A stretch of DNA of 64,000 nt. Origin: Candidatus Eiseniibacteriota bacterium (GTDB taxonomy: Bacteria; Eisenbacteria; RBG-16-71-46). Position 1 is the first letter of the stretch, and every line of letters begins with the position of its first letter. The position numbers were made by a program, and so were the translations under genes. Where the stretch lies: the NCBI GenBank assembly GCA_044222065.1, contig JBGAOA010000016.1, positions 1 through 64,000 on the forward strand. The letters are read 5' to 3'. Below, in pieces: positions 19,042 through 28,879 of the stretch. The notes beneath the pieces are model-generated. The model saw only the letters and a list, made by a program, of their open reading frames with translations, was not told where the DNA came from and made no database searches.

Positions 19042-19482
19042 CTATTCGGAGTCGCTGCCGAGCGGGCGGCGCGCGGCGAACCCGCCCGCGAGCGGATGCC
19101 AGTGCCCGACTTCGGCCTCGTCCATCTGCCAGCACAGGAAGATCAGCCGGTCGCCCGAGAGCCCGTAGAAGTCCACGAGGCCCTTCTCGACGTCCTTCAC
19201 GAGGCAGCCGCGCCGGTGGATGCCCTCGATGCCGACCGCGATCTGCTGCCGCAGCTGGCCGAGCCGCTCCCCGAGCGCGACGAGTTCGCGCGTGTCGGGA
19301 TTGTCGTCGGACACGCCTTCGGTGACGATCTTCAGCACCTCGAGCCGCGATGCGACGCGGTCGAGGTCGAGCTTCATGCGGGCGAGCCGCTGGAGGTCGG
19401 GACGGATCTCGTTCGCGACGCGATTCGCCTCGTCCACGCTGAAGAGCGTGAGCCGTACCGGAGAGTGAGTGCGGTGCTCCAT
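19042..19482 (-). CDS. DUF2203-like protein
   Basis: FSVDEAN...GCLVKDVEKGLVDF...IFLCWQMDE..V.HWH...GFAARRPL. Confidence 0.8.
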   Translation of the reverse strand: MEHRTHSPVRLTLFSVDEANRVANEIRPDLQRLARMKLDLDRVASRLEVLKIVTEGVSDDNPDTRELVALGERLGQLRQQIAVGIEGIHRRGCLVKDVEKGLVDFYGLSGDRLIFLCWQMDEAEVGHWHPLAGGFAARRPLGSDSE

Positions 19483-19489
19483 GCCGGGT

Positions 19490-19900
19490 TCAGTGTCCCC
19501 CGCACCCGCAGCCGCCGCCGCCGCAACCGCAGCCGCCGCCGTGCGCGTGCTCGTGCGCCGATTCCTCGGAGCCTTCCTGCGAGGTGAACGACTTGCCGCA
19601 GCCGCACGACTTGACCGCGTTCGGGTTCGTGATCGTGAAGCCCGACGACTGCACGGTCTCGAGGTAGTCGATCTTCGCGCCCTCGAGCAGCACCATGCTC
19701 TGCGGATCCACGAGCACCTTCACGCCGCCGAACGAGCCTTCCCAGTCGCCGTCCTCGCGCGCCGGAGCGAGCGACATGCCGTACGAGTAGCCCGAGCAGC
19801 CTCCCGGGAAGACGTGGACGCGCAGTCCGTACACGGGATCCTGCTGCTGCCCGATGATCTCGGTCAGCTTGCGGCTCGCGACTTCGGTCACTTCGATCAT
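19490..19900 (-). CDS. A-type Fe-S carrier (IscA/ErpA/HesB family) with His/Cys/Gly-rich tail
   Basis: GGCSGYSY, NPNAVKSCGCGKSF, tail HEHAHGGGCGCGGGGCGCGGH. Confidence 0.93.
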   Translation of the reverse strand: MIEVTEVASRKLTEIIGQQQDPVYGLRVHVFPGGCSGYSYGMSLAPAREDGDWEGSFGGVKVLVDPQSMVLLEGAKIDYLETVQSSGFTITNPNAVKSCGCGKSFTSQEGSEESAHEHAHGGGCGCGGGGCGCGGH

Positions 19901-19937
19901 GCGCTGCGATCTCCTCTGTATTCGGCCTCGGCGCCGC

Positions 19938-20624
19938 TCACGCGGCGACGGTCTTCGCGAATTCCGGACTCCGCCACTCGACCCGGTCGTAGCCCAGGCG
20001 AGCCGCGAATTCCGCGGTGAAACGGTCCCGAACGGCCTCGAGGGACGGCGCCGACGACCCGAGCAGCTCGGCGAGGGAGGTCATGCGGACCCCCTCCAGA
20101 CCGCAGGGATGGATGAGACGGAAGTCCCCGAGGTCAGGATCGACGTTGAGCGCGGCGCCATGATAGCTGACCCAGCGCCGCACGGCGATTCCCAGCGAAG
20201 CGAGCTTGTCGCCGCCCACCCACACCCCGGTGCGGCCGGCAACGCGTTCCCCGGCGACGCCCCAGTGACGGACGGTTTCGATGACGGAGCCTTCGAGATG
20301 ACGCAGGAACGCGTGGAGATCCCGCCCGCAGCGTGCGAGATGCACGATCGGGTACGCCACGAGCTGCCCCGGCCCATGCCACGTGATGTCGCCGCCGCGG
20401 CTCGCCTCGTAGAGCTCGATGCCGCGGCGCGCCAGCTCGTCGCGGCTCGCGATCAGGCCGGCGCCGCCCGCCCCGCGCCCGACCGTGAGCACGGGCGGAT
20501 GGTCCGGGAACAGCAGCCAGTCGCCCGTCTCGTCCGCGGCGCGCGCGCGCACGAGCGCTTCCTGCAGCGCGACGCCGGCGGCGTAGGGCGTGGGCCCGAG
20601 AGCCGATGCGAACAGCGTGTTCAT
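19938..20624 (-). CDS. lipB: Lipoyl(octanoyl) transferase
   Basis: HPPVLTVG, RGGDITWHGPGQLVAYP, KLASLGIAV, HGAALN, IHPCG. Confidence 0.95.
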   Translation of the reverse strand: MNTLFASALGPTPYAAGVALQEALVRARAADETGDWLLFPDHPPVLTVGRGAGGAGLIASRDELARRGIELYEASRGGDITWHGPGQLVAYPIVHLARCGRDLHAFLRHLEGSVIETVRHWGVAGERVAGRTGVWVGGDKLASLGIAVRRWVSYHGAALNVDPDLGDFRLIHPCGLEGVRMTSLAELLGSSAPSLEAVRDRFTAEFAARLGYDRVEWRSPEFAKTVAA

Positions 20625-20658
20625 GCGTTGACGCGCGCGGCCCTGCGCAGCCTTTCCC

Positions 20659-21999
20659 CTAGGCGTAGAACCAGAGCAGTTCGGGACGTTCGAGCAGCTC
20701 GCAGACGCGGCGCAGGAACTTCACCGCCAGCTCGCCGTCGATGACGCGGTGATCGAAGCCGATCGAGGCGTTCATCATGGGACGCGCGACGATCTGGCCG
20801 TCCTTGATGACGGGCCGCTCGACGATCTTGTGCACGCCGAGGATCGCGACCTCGGGCACGTTGATCACGGGCGACGAGTTGATCGCGCCGTAGACGCCGG
20901 CGTTCGTGATGCTAAACGTGCCGTCCTGGATGTCGTCGGGCTTGAGCCGGTCCGCGCGCGCGCGCGCGGCGATGTCGTTCACGTCGGCGGCGATCTGCGC
21001 GAGGTTCTTGCGGTCGCAGTCCTTCACGTTCGGCACGATGAGGCCCTTCTCGTCGCGGCCGACCGCGAGTCCGATGTTGTAGTACTTCTTGAGCACGAGC
21101 GTGTCGCCCTGCACCTCGCCGTTCACCCACGGGAATTCCCGAAGCGCGAGCACGCACGCCTTGATGAAGAACGGCATGTACGTGAGCTTCACGCCCTGCG
21201 CCTCGAGCTTCGGCCCCCACTCCTTCTTGAGCGCCACGATCGCGCTCATGTCGACTTCGTCGAAGCAGTGCGTGTGGGCGGCCGTGTGCTTGGCCTTCAC
21301 CATGTTCTCGGCGATGAGCTTGCGCACCTTGGTGAACGGGACGACCTCGGTGCGCGGTCCGCTCGCGGCGGCCGCGACGTTCGCACGCATGAAGCTCGGC
21401 AGCGGCGCGGACACGGCGGCGGGCGCCATCGCGGCGGCAGCGGCAGGAGCGGCTGCGGCCGGAGCCGCCCCGCGGCGCCCGAGGTAGTCGAGCAGGTCGT
21501 CGCGCGTCACGCGGCCGGCGACGCCCGAGCCCGCGATCGAGGCGAGTTCGGCGGCCGACACGTTGCGCTCGCGCACGAGCTTCCGCACCGCGGGCGACAG
21601 GTTGCGCTCGTTCACGCCGGCGATCGCTCCGCCGCCGTTCGCGACCGGTGCGGCCGCCACGGCGACCGGCGCCGCGTCCGCGGGAGGCGGCGCGGCCGCC
21701 GCGCTCGACGCCGCGACGCTCGCGGCTGCGGGCGCGGCCTTCGGGGGCGCCGCGGCTTCGTCGCCGCCCGAGAGCTGGCCGATCTCCGTGCCGACGAGCA
21801 CGGTCGTGCCCTCTTTGACCAGGATCGCGGCGAGCGTGCCTTCGGCCGGCGACGGGATCTCCACGTTGATCTTGTCCGTCTGGATCTCGACCAGCGGCTC
21901 TTCCTTGCGGACTCGATCACCCGGCTGCTTGAGCCACTTGGAGACGGTCCCCTCCGCGACGCTCTCGCCGAGCTGCGGAACCACGATCGAAATCGGCAT
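20659..21999 (-). CDS. 2-oxoacid dehydrogenase E2 (dihydrolipoamide acyltransferase)
   Basis: Lipoyl domain TDKIN, subunit-binding domain SPAVRKL...GRVTRDD, catalytic FDHRVIDG; substrate class not resolved. Confidence 0.95.
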   Translation of the reverse strand: MPISIVVPQLGESVAEGTVSKWLKQPGDRVRKEEPLVEIQTDKINVEIPSPAEGTLAAILVKEGTTVLVGTEIGQLSGGDEAAAPPKAAPAAASVAASSAAAAPPPADAAPVAVAAAPVANGGGAIAGVNERNLSPAVRKLVRERNVSAAELASIAGSGVAGRVTRDDLLDYLGRRGAAPAAAAPAAAAAMAPAAVSAPLPSFMRANVAAAASGPRTEVVPFTKVRKLIAENMVKAKHTAAHTHCFDEVDMSAIVALKKEWGPKLEAQGVKLTYMPFFIKACVLALREFPWVNGEVQGDTLVLKKYYNIGLAVGRDEKGLIVPNVKDCDRKNLAQIAADVNDIAARARADRLKPDDIQDGTFSITNAGVYGAINSSPVINVPEVAILGVHKIVERPVIKDGQIVARPMMNASIGFDHRVIDGELAVKFLRRVCELLERPELLWFYA

Positions 22000-22214
22000 C
22001 AGCCAGTCCTCCGGAATCGCCGTCGCGCGGCGCGCTGGAAAGGTCGGGGCCGCCGGGGCCGGCCGGAGCCGGGCCGCACGGGAGGATCGGAGCCCCCCAC
22101 CGACGGAACCGCGGCACTATAGCGAAATCGCGCCCGCGGCCGCATCCGGGGCGGGCCCCGGACGTCGCCGGCGCCGCGGCCCGTGCGAGGCGCGGAACTG
22201 CACGCGGCGTCGCG

Positions 22215-22712
22215 CTAGGGGCGCGTGCGGACGCGGCGTTCGAGCCGGAGCCGCCGCCGCTCCTGTGCGGCAGCGTTCTCGGCCCGCTCGTCGTCGGAAT
22301 CCAGCGTCAGGGCCGGCACCGAGGTCGGCCGGCGCGTCACGGGGTCGAGTGCCACGAACGTCACGAACGCGGTCGCCGTGTGGCGGCGCTCGCCCGTGAG
22401 CAGGTCCTCGGACTCGACGTCCACGCGGATCTCCATCGAGCTCTTGTCCACGAGCGTGATGCGCGCGCGGATCGCCGCGAGCTGGCCGACCTGGATCGGC
22501 GCGAGGAACGACATCTCGTCGAACGCGGCGGTGACGACGGGCCTGCGGCAATGGCGGTTCGCGACGACGGCGGCGGCGAGGTCGATCCAGTGCATCACCG
22601 TGCCGCCGAGCACGCTGCCGTGCACGTTCGCGTCGTTCGGCAGCACGAGCTGTGTCATCTCGGTCGCGGAGTCGCGGACCGTGCGGGCGCTGCCCGCGGC
22701 GGGCGTCGTCAT
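22215..22712 (-). CDS. Acyl-CoA thioesterase (hotdog fold)
   Basis: VLPNDANVHGSVLGGTVMHWID, VVTA, SSMEIRV, TFVALD; GGAG RBS. Confidence 0.9.
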   Translation of the reverse strand: MTTPAAGSARTVRDSATEMTQLVLPNDANVHGSVLGGTVMHWIDLAAAVVANRHCRRPVVTAAFDEMSFLAPIQVGQLAAIRARITLVDKSSMEIRVDVESEDLLTGERRHTATAFVTFVALDPVTRRPTSVPALTLDSDDERAENAAAQERRRLRLERRVRTRP

Positions 22713-22797
22713 GGGCTCTCCGGCGTCAGGGATCGGTGCTCGCGCGACGGACGCCGCGCGGGCGCGGCGCAGTATAGGCGCGCGCAAGGGCAGACGA

Positions 22798-22829
22798 AAC
22801 GGCCGTAGCTCCGAAGAGCTCCGGCCGTT
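22798..22829 (-). terminator. Terminator hairpin with C(UUCG)G tetraloop after the OB-fold gene
   Basis: 14-bp stem with one mismatch; minus-strand loop TTCG; stem ends in a short T run. Confidence 0.7.
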
Positions 22830-22843
22830 CGCGAATTGTTCGG

Positions 22844-24931
22844 TCAGTTGAGGATGACGCTGCGCGTCTTCAGCTCCTGTCCGCCGACCTTGTACGAGTA
22901 GAAGTACACGCCCGCGGGCACCCGGTTGCCGGCCGCGTCCGTGCCGTCCCAGCGGCGCGAGTGCGTGCCCGGATCGAACGAGCCCTTCGCGATCGTGTTG
23001 ATCTTGCGGCCCGAGAGGTCGAACACCGAGATGTCCACGACGCCCTTCTTCGGCAGCGCGAACGTGACGTTCGCGATGCGCGCCGGGTTCGGGCTGACCT
23101 TGAGCGCGAGGCTCAGGGTGCCCTCTTCGACGCCGGCCAGCACGCCGTAGTCCGTGATGTCCGCCGCGCTGCGCGGGCACACGCGGAAGATGCCAGCCGC
23201 GTAGTGCACGACACCGACGATGTCCATGATGGACGCCGAGTCGGGCGAGTCGTAGGCGTTGAGGACGCCGTTCAGGTTGCTGACGAGCAGCGTGTCCGTG
23301 CCGAACTCGCGGTGACCGGTGACGAACCAGCTCTGGCCGACCGTGCGGTTCTCGGTGATGCGGACGTGGTCGAGCTTCACGAGCATGCCTTCGTAATCCT
23401 CGCCCGTGAGGTCGTCCGCCACGTTCTGCGTCGTGTCCGTGATCACCGACAGGTCGCCGAGCAGCGGCGGGTTCACCGAGCCGAGGCCCTCGTCCGTGAT
23501 GTCCACGGTGCTGACGATCTCGGACTCGCGATCGAACTCCTGCACCTGGCCCGTGACGCGGTACTTGTGACCGACGATCAGCGGAGCCGACGGCGCGAAG
23601 ATCGAGATGCCGGAGCGCAGCGGGCCCGCGGGAGCCCCCGAGCCTTCCGTCTGGATGTAGTAGAGCGCTCCGTAGATGCCCGTGCACACGCCGCGGGTCG
23701 TGAACTTCGTGCCCGGAGCGGTGCCCGTGCCGGCGTACAGCGAGCGGTCGTCGAACAGCGGCAGCATCGAGGGATCGGCGGCCTGCACCATCGCGATCGG
23801 CATGACGCCGTTCACGAAGTTGCGCTGCTGCGAGCCCATGAGGCACGTCGGGCACGTGGCCGAGGAGATGTTCGCGGCCGTGACGCTCTCGAAGTCGCCG
23901 TCCGTGCGCGCGCTCGTGATCGTCAACGTGACGTTCCGGCCGGCGCCGCCGTCCACGGTCGCGAGATCCACGGTCGAGCCATCGATCGCCGAACCGAGCG
24001 AGTAGTTGATCTCGTTCTCGGCCGTCGCGACGTTCACGTTGCGGTCGAACACGAGGCGGAGCTGGTTGTCCTCGATCGGGTACGCGTCGACCAGGTTCGG
24101 CGGCACCGCGAGGAACAGGTCGTTGCCGTCACGAATCTGGATCCGGTACGAGTTGACCGGGCCCGACGTGCGCTGGTTCGGAATGCCCTGAATCGAATCC
24201 ACGGTCGTGCCGACCGCCGGAGGCGCGATCGTCGTGAGCGTCGTGCCGTCGACGCAGATCGAGTCCGTGCCCGTCGGCGTCGTCATCAAGAACATGTTCG
24301 CCGGCAGACCCGCGAGCGTTCCGGACGTGTTGATGCGGCGCACGACGAATGGTCCGCGCATGCGGACGAGGCAGCCTTCGTACTTCTCGCCCTGGTTGCC
24401 CGACGCGCCCGGAATCCAGTTGATGTCGTTCGGGTTCGAGCTGATGAAGTACGGCGGAAGCGCATTGCCCGTGCTGATGCGGCGAATGGTCAGGTCCGGG
24501 GTGCCCTGCACGCCGTCGTAGCCCTCGATTTCGGACTCGCCGTTCACGGCCGGGAATTCCTGCGTGCGGCCGTAGACGACGACGTCGTCACCGAGCTGCA
24601 GGTTGAGCGGAGTGCTCGGGCCGTAGTTCGTGGAGCCGGTGAAGACGTCGATGCCCGTGTAGGGACCGCCGGCCGGCTGCTGGATGTAGAAGGCGAAGCC
24701 CGTGGGCTTCGCGTCGAAGCCGATCACGATGCCGCGAATGCCCAGCACGGTGTCGAGCACGGCCGGATGGCACGGCGCGATCGTCGTATCCGCCTGCTGG
24801 AGGTCGAAGATCGTCAGCGTGTCCGGGCAGGTGCGGTAGGCGGGTCCGGGCGGGTACTTGTCCGCGGCGAACCCCGCGCCAGCGATGCTCATGAGGATCG
24901 CGACGCCGAGAAGCGTGGTGAGTTTCTTCAT
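22844..24931 (-). CDS. Secreted protein with two YhcR/ExeM-like OB-fold modules and FlgD/T9SS-like CTD
   Basis: Signal peptide; GIVIG...FYIQ...GIDVF...GDDVVVYG..QEF and GVCTG...YYIQ...SGISIF...YRVTGQVQEF, followed by E.YEG.LV; CTD SPNP...WDGTDAAGNRVPAGVYFY. Confidence 0.75.
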   Translation of the reverse strand: MKKLTTLLGVAILMSIAGAGFAADKYPPGPAYRTCPDTLTIFDLQQADTTIAPCHPAVLDTVLGIRGIVIGFDAKPTGFAFYIQQPAGGPYTGIDVFTGSTNYGPSTPLNLQLGDDVVVYGRTQEFPAVNGESEIEGYDGVQGTPDLTIRRISTGNALPPYFISSNPNDINWIPGASGNQGEKYEGCLVRMRGPFVVRRINTSGTLAGLPANMFLMTTPTGTDSICVDGTTLTTIAPPAVGTTVDSIQGIPNQRTSGPVNSYRIQIRDGNDLFLAVPPNLVDAYPIEDNQLRLVFDRNVNVATAENEINYSLGSAIDGSTVDLATVDGGAGRNVTLTITSARTDGDFESVTAANISSATCPTCLMGSQQRNFVNGVMPIAMVQAADPSMLPLFDDRSLYAGTGTAPGTKFTTRGVCTGIYGALYYIQTEGSGAPAGPLRSGISIFAPSAPLIVGHKYRVTGQVQEFDRESEIVSTVDITDEGLGSVNPPLLGDLSVITDTTQNVADDLTGEDYEGMLVKLDHVRITENRTVGQSWFVTGHREFGTDTLLVSNLNGVLNAYDSPDSASIMDIVGVVHYAAGIFRVCPRSAADITDYGVLAGVEEGTLSLALKVSPNPARIANVTFALPKKGVVDISVFDLSGRKINTIAKGSFDPGTHSRRWDGTDAAGNRVPAGVYFYSYKVGGQELKTRSVILN

Positions 24932-25093
24932 CGTTGCATCCCTCTGTTGCGGGTCAGGGGTGAACAGGATCGGCGGGGGTCAGCGTCGGTGTTCGGGCGA
25001 TGGCCTCCTTCGATAGCCCGATACAGGGCCGTCTGAGGCCGGCCCTGCGACGGATGACTTCGGGGGAAGTTGGAGACTTTTCGAGCCGCGAAC

Positions 25094-25122
25094 ATTCTAT
25101 CAGGGGACGCGCGCGGGTCCAA
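25094..25122 (-). promoter_or_regulatory. Sigma70-type promoter for the OB-fold gene
   Basis: TTGGAC-17 bp-TAGAAT. Confidence 0.65.
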
Positions 25123-25272
25123 CGAATTCCAAGACTACGAAGGGTTTGCAGGCGCGTATCCGGGCGGTCAACGGCGGCGCTGGAGCGCCACCGGGCCGTT
25201 CGGGACGGCCGGCGGCCAGGATCGTCCCGGCGCGGCGCGCGCGGAGCCGAACGCTCGGCCCCGCGGACGCCC

Positions 25273-26805
25273 TCAGGGGGCCATGAGCCCCTGGGTGGGA
25301 TGGAAGAGGATCTTCGCGAGGAGTCGGGCGAGCGAGGAGTACGTCGGGCTCCCGAAGCGGAGCGGATAGCTCGTGAGGCCCATCTTCCCGCCGCCGGGAA
25401 TCGGCGCCATGACCGCCACCGGCAGCCGCTCGACGTTCGCGGGCGTCAGCGTGCCGGGGAGCGCCCACAGGATGACGTGGTTCGTGTCGCGCACGGCGAA
25501 CGCCCGGATGCGCGGCGCGAGCAGCTGCGAGGCGCGAAGGCTGTCCGCGTAGACGACGCTGCGGAAGACCCCGAGGTTCGCGTTGCCCCACGTCACGGTG
25601 ACGTCGCCGAGCGTCGCGTCCCAGTGCGTGCGCAGGCTGTCCGAGTCGAGGTAGCGCCGCATGAAGTTCTCGCTCAGGGGCCCGCGCACCTCGTTGTCGA
25701 GGCTCGTTGCCGGGCCCTGCACCGCCTTCATGCACTCGAGGAAGAACCGGCCGCCCGAGTCGAGGTAGCTGCCGATCGCGTCTTCGTAGTTGTCGAGCAC
25801 CTGCACCCCCGCCGGCGTGCCGGAGGGCGGATACGGATCCTGGTCCGCGCGGTACCAGACCACGGCGTCGAACTGCTTCATCGTCTGCTCGAGGTCGGCG
25901 GCCGATCGGAACGGCTGCGTCACCGCGAGCCGCAGGATGCTGAACGAGCCGGCCGGAAGATTGCGGGTCAGCGTGTTCGAGTAGAGCGTGTCGATCGTGA
26001 AGTTGTTGTTGTAGGTCGACGGCACGTCGTCGATCAGCAGCATCCGGCCCTTGTTGCCGGTCAGGACGGACGCCGGCGCGCGCACGAACCAGCGCGTGCT
26101 GTCGACCGGACCGGTTCGGCCGCCGTCGTCCACGGCCTGGATGTAGAGCGTGCGATAGCCGCTCGCGAACGTGCCGTTCTGCAGGAAGCGCGCGCTGGGA
26201 ATCGTGAACGTCCGGCCGGTCGTCGAGTCGTAGTTCGCGAGGTTCCCGTCGAGCCAGATGCGGAAGCGCAGTTGCTCGCCGTCGCCGTCCGGATCGTCGC
26301 CGATCCACGAGAACGTGAGCGACCCGAACGTCGAGTCGTTGAGCGCGGGGTACGCGCCGATCGTCGCGATCGGAGCCTTGTTCGTGAGCGCGAACGTGTT
26401 GATCGCGGGGCTCGCGTCCACGGTGCCGGTGTTGTCCACGGCGCGCACTTCGAAGCGCAGGTTCTCGAAGCCCGTCGGCGAGAACACGGTGAAGAGCGAA
26501 TCGAAGCCCGAATTCGCGTTCGCGGCGACGCGCGTCCAGTTCGTGTCCGTCGGCAGCTGCGAGTTGAACATGCGGAGGTCGAACGCGACGACCCGCCCGT
26601 CGGGATCGCTCCCGTACCAGTACAGGTGGACGCGGTGATTGACCGTGTCCACCGGGCCGTCCACGAACAGGAACGTCTGCGGGGCGACGTTCGGGACGAG
26701 GACGCCCTTCGCCTTGGCGCAGCCGCCGGCGACGACCAGCAGCGCGAGTGCGGCGAACGCGAGCGCCGCACGCCAGGGCTTCCGGATCGTGCGCGGGAGG
26801 TTCAT
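25273..26805 (-). CDS. Lipoprotein of unknown function (two Ig/FN3-like modules plus an alpha/beta domain)
   Basis: Lipobox-like VAGG-C; repeated W.G.DPDG...F...AVD..G..D modules. Confidence 0.78.
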   Translation of the reverse strand: MNLPRTIRKPWRAALAFAALALLVVAGGCAKAKGVLVPNVAPQTFLFVDGPVDTVNHRVHLYWYGSDPDGRVVAFDLRMFNSQLPTDTNWTRVAANANSGFDSLFTVFSPTGFENLRFEVRAVDNTGTVDASPAINTFALTNKAPIATIGAYPALNDSTFGSLTFSWIGDDPDGDGEQLRFRIWLDGNLANYDSTTGRTFTIPSARFLQNGTFASGYRTLYIQAVDDGGRTGPVDSTRWFVRAPASVLTGNKGRMLLIDDVPSTYNNNFTIDTLYSNTLTRNLPAGSFSILRLAVTQPFRSAADLEQTMKQFDAVVWYRADQDPYPPSGTPAGVQVLDNYEDAIGSYLDSGGRFFLECMKAVQGPATSLDNEVRGPLSENFMRRYLDSDSLRTHWDATLGDVTVTWGNANLGVFRSVVYADSLRASQLLAPRIRAFAVRDTNHVILWALPGTLTPANVERLPVAVMAPIPGGGKMGLTSYPLRFGSPTYSSLARLLAKILFHPTQGLMAP

Positions 26806-26806
26806 C

Positions 26807-28879
26807 TCAGAATTCCTCCCGATCCGACTTCACGATGAGGAACTTGCCCACCGTGGAGTTGCCCGAGGCGTCCTCGACCGTGAACAGGTAGAGCCCGGTC
26901 GCGACCGCCTGCCCCTGGTCGGTGATGAGGTTCCAGCCGTAGGTCGTGCCCGAGAGCACCGGCGCGTGCGGAACGACGGGCACCTTGGGGTCGTAGATGC
27001 CGCGCGAGCCCTCGCCGCGGTACGTGTCGCCGTCGAACTTCGTCTCGAAGATCTGGTCGCCGGCGAGCGTGAAGATGCGGATCGTGCACTGCTTCGGCAG
27101 GTTCGTGAACCACAGGTAGTGGTCCCGCACGCCGCGGCCGACGTCCCACGCGGCCTCGACCCGGTACGGATTCGGGAACACGCTGACCTTGCTCGACGGC
27201 CGCTCTCCGGGCGCCGGACCCGGGATCGTCATGAGCACGTTCTGCGCGGTGCTGCTCTCGAGCGACTCGACCTCGGTGTTGCCCAGGTCGTAGGACGTCA
27301 CGGCGCAGAAGTACTTGAAGCCGTTCCTCAGCGAGGCGACCGTGTGCTTGTACTGGTACGTGACGCCGTCGATCGTCACGGGTGGATTCAATCGCACGGG
27401 CTGGACGCCCGTGTTGAAGCCGGTCGTGTCCCCCGGCGCGTTCGGATTGTCGAACTGCGCGACGCGGTGCATCTCGAGCGGGGCGTCGCCGACGTAGACG
27501 CGATAGCCCTCCCAATCCCGCGTCTGCGGGCTGGTGGGGTCCTCCGCGAACTCGGGCGAGTCGTCCCAGTAGAAGTCGATCGCGCCGTCGCGCGCGACTG
27601 TCTTGAAGCGCGGCGAAGGCGGCGGGATCGGGATGATGTACCCGCGGTCGAAGGCGCGCTGCGCGAAACGCGAGTGCTCGCGGATGTCCGCGATCTCGGC
27701 GCCGCCCACGATCGCGAAATCCACGACGACCGTGCTGTCCGTGTAGAGCAGCGGGAACGGCCCGATCGCGAGCACCGAGACCGGGTCGCCCGTGCCCGGC
27801 AGCAGCGTGTCGCCCGCCGGCACCGAGGGCAGTCCGGAGCTCATGATCGCGTAGCGCTCGGCATCCTGGTCGCGCAACGTGCTCGACGGATCCCAGCTCC
27901 ACGCGGTCAGCGAGATGCGCTTCGTGGTCGTGTCCTCGGCGAGCCCGTGCACGCCGAGCACGCGCACGCCGATCCAGTACGGCGCGATCGAGATGCCGCA
28001 CCCGTCCGGAATCGGCAGCGACGCGCAATAGTGTTCGCGATAGAGCCGGTCGGCCTCGTCGTACTCGATCCACTTCTTGTTGAACCATCCGCCGACGACG
28101 CTGCCCGTGCTGCTCGGGGGCCAGATGTTGCGGTCGGTGTAGAGCGTCTTGTCGCCGCTCGCGAACTCGTTGTAGAAGCCGACCCACACGTTCTGCATCA
28201 ACGGGCCCTTGTTGCGCAGCGTGTAGTGGAGGATGACGCAGTTCGCGTACTCCGAGAACGACCACGAGTACGTCTCCTGGGTCACTTCGACGCCGATCGG
28301 GCGGTGGTTCTCGGCGTTCTGCGCGGCGCGACGCACGACGCGGTCGTCGAACTTCGAGATCAGGTCCTGCTCGCTCACCGCGGCGGTCGTGTAGTAGGGG
28401 CTGTTCGGAAGGATCGAGCGCTGCACGATCGACGTGCCGATCGGCGTCCATTCGGTCGCGCCGTTCCCCGCGCTGCCCTGGTTGCCGTCGGTCGTCGCCG
28501 TGACGACGCCGGTGAAGAGCCCGTTCACGTCCTGCGCCTGCGCGCCCACCCAGATGCCGCCGCGCACCATGTGTTCGTAGGCATGCGCGGCGCCCGATGG
28601 GTAGACGAGCGACGCGTCGCGCGAGCTGAAGTTGTTCCCGAGGAACCCGTAGTTCGACACGGTCATCGCGACGAGGTTGTTGTTCGTCACGTAGATCGCG
28701 AACGCCGAGTCGGCCTGCACGGCCGTTGCGGACGCCGGGAGCGCGACGCGGCTCGGTTCGCGGTCGATCGGGCGGTCGCCGTTCGAGTCGGCAGCGGCCG
28801 CGCACGGAAGGAGTGCGACCGGGAGCGCGAGCGCGAGCGCTGCGAGCGGGCGGAAACCGTGGACGAGCGATCGGAGCAT
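26807..28879 (-). CDS. Secreted hypothetical protein with FN3-like region and T9SS-like CTD
   Basis: ATG overlaps the upstream TGA; signal peptide; SNYGFLG, GGIWVGA, PPPSP...WD..PE...EGYRVY...NG..YF.AVTSYD.G; FPNPY...IFTLAGD...WNL...ATGLYLF...GKFLIVK. Confidence 0.8.
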   Translation of the reverse strand: MLRSLVHGFRPLAALALALPVALLPCAAAADSNGDRPIDREPSRVALPASATAVQADSAFAIYVTNNNLVAMTVSNYGFLGNNFSSRDASLVYPSGAAHAYEHMVRGGIWVGAQAQDVNGLFTGVVTATTDGNQGSAGNGATEWTPIGTSIVQRSILPNSPYYTTAAVSEQDLISKFDDRVVRRAAQNAENHRPIGVEVTQETYSWSFSEYANCVILHYTLRNKGPLMQNVWVGFYNEFASGDKTLYTDRNIWPPSSTGSVVGGWFNKKWIEYDEADRLYREHYCASLPIPDGCGISIAPYWIGVRVLGVHGLAEDTTTKRISLTAWSWDPSSTLRDQDAERYAIMSSGLPSVPAGDTLLPGTGDPVSVLAIGPFPLLYTDSTVVVDFAIVGGAEIADIREHSRFAQRAFDRGYIIPIPPPSPRFKTVARDGAIDFYWDDSPEFAEDPTSPQTRDWEGYRVYVGDAPLEMHRVAQFDNPNAPGDTTGFNTGVQPVRLNPPVTIDGVTYQYKHTVASLRNGFKYFCAVTSYDLGNTEVESLESSTAQNVLMTIPGPAPGERPSSKVSVFPNPYRVEAAWDVGRGVRDHYLWFTNLPKQCTIRIFTLAGDQIFETKFDGDTYRGEGSRGIYDPKVPVVPHAPVLSGTTYGWNLITDQGQAVATGLYLFTVEDASGNSTVGKFLIVKSDREEF

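Noticed and set aside
24928..25122. 64-aa ORF overlapping the OB-fold gene start
   Set aside because: Its TTG is the -35 box and its next ATG overlaps the -10 box; no coding signature
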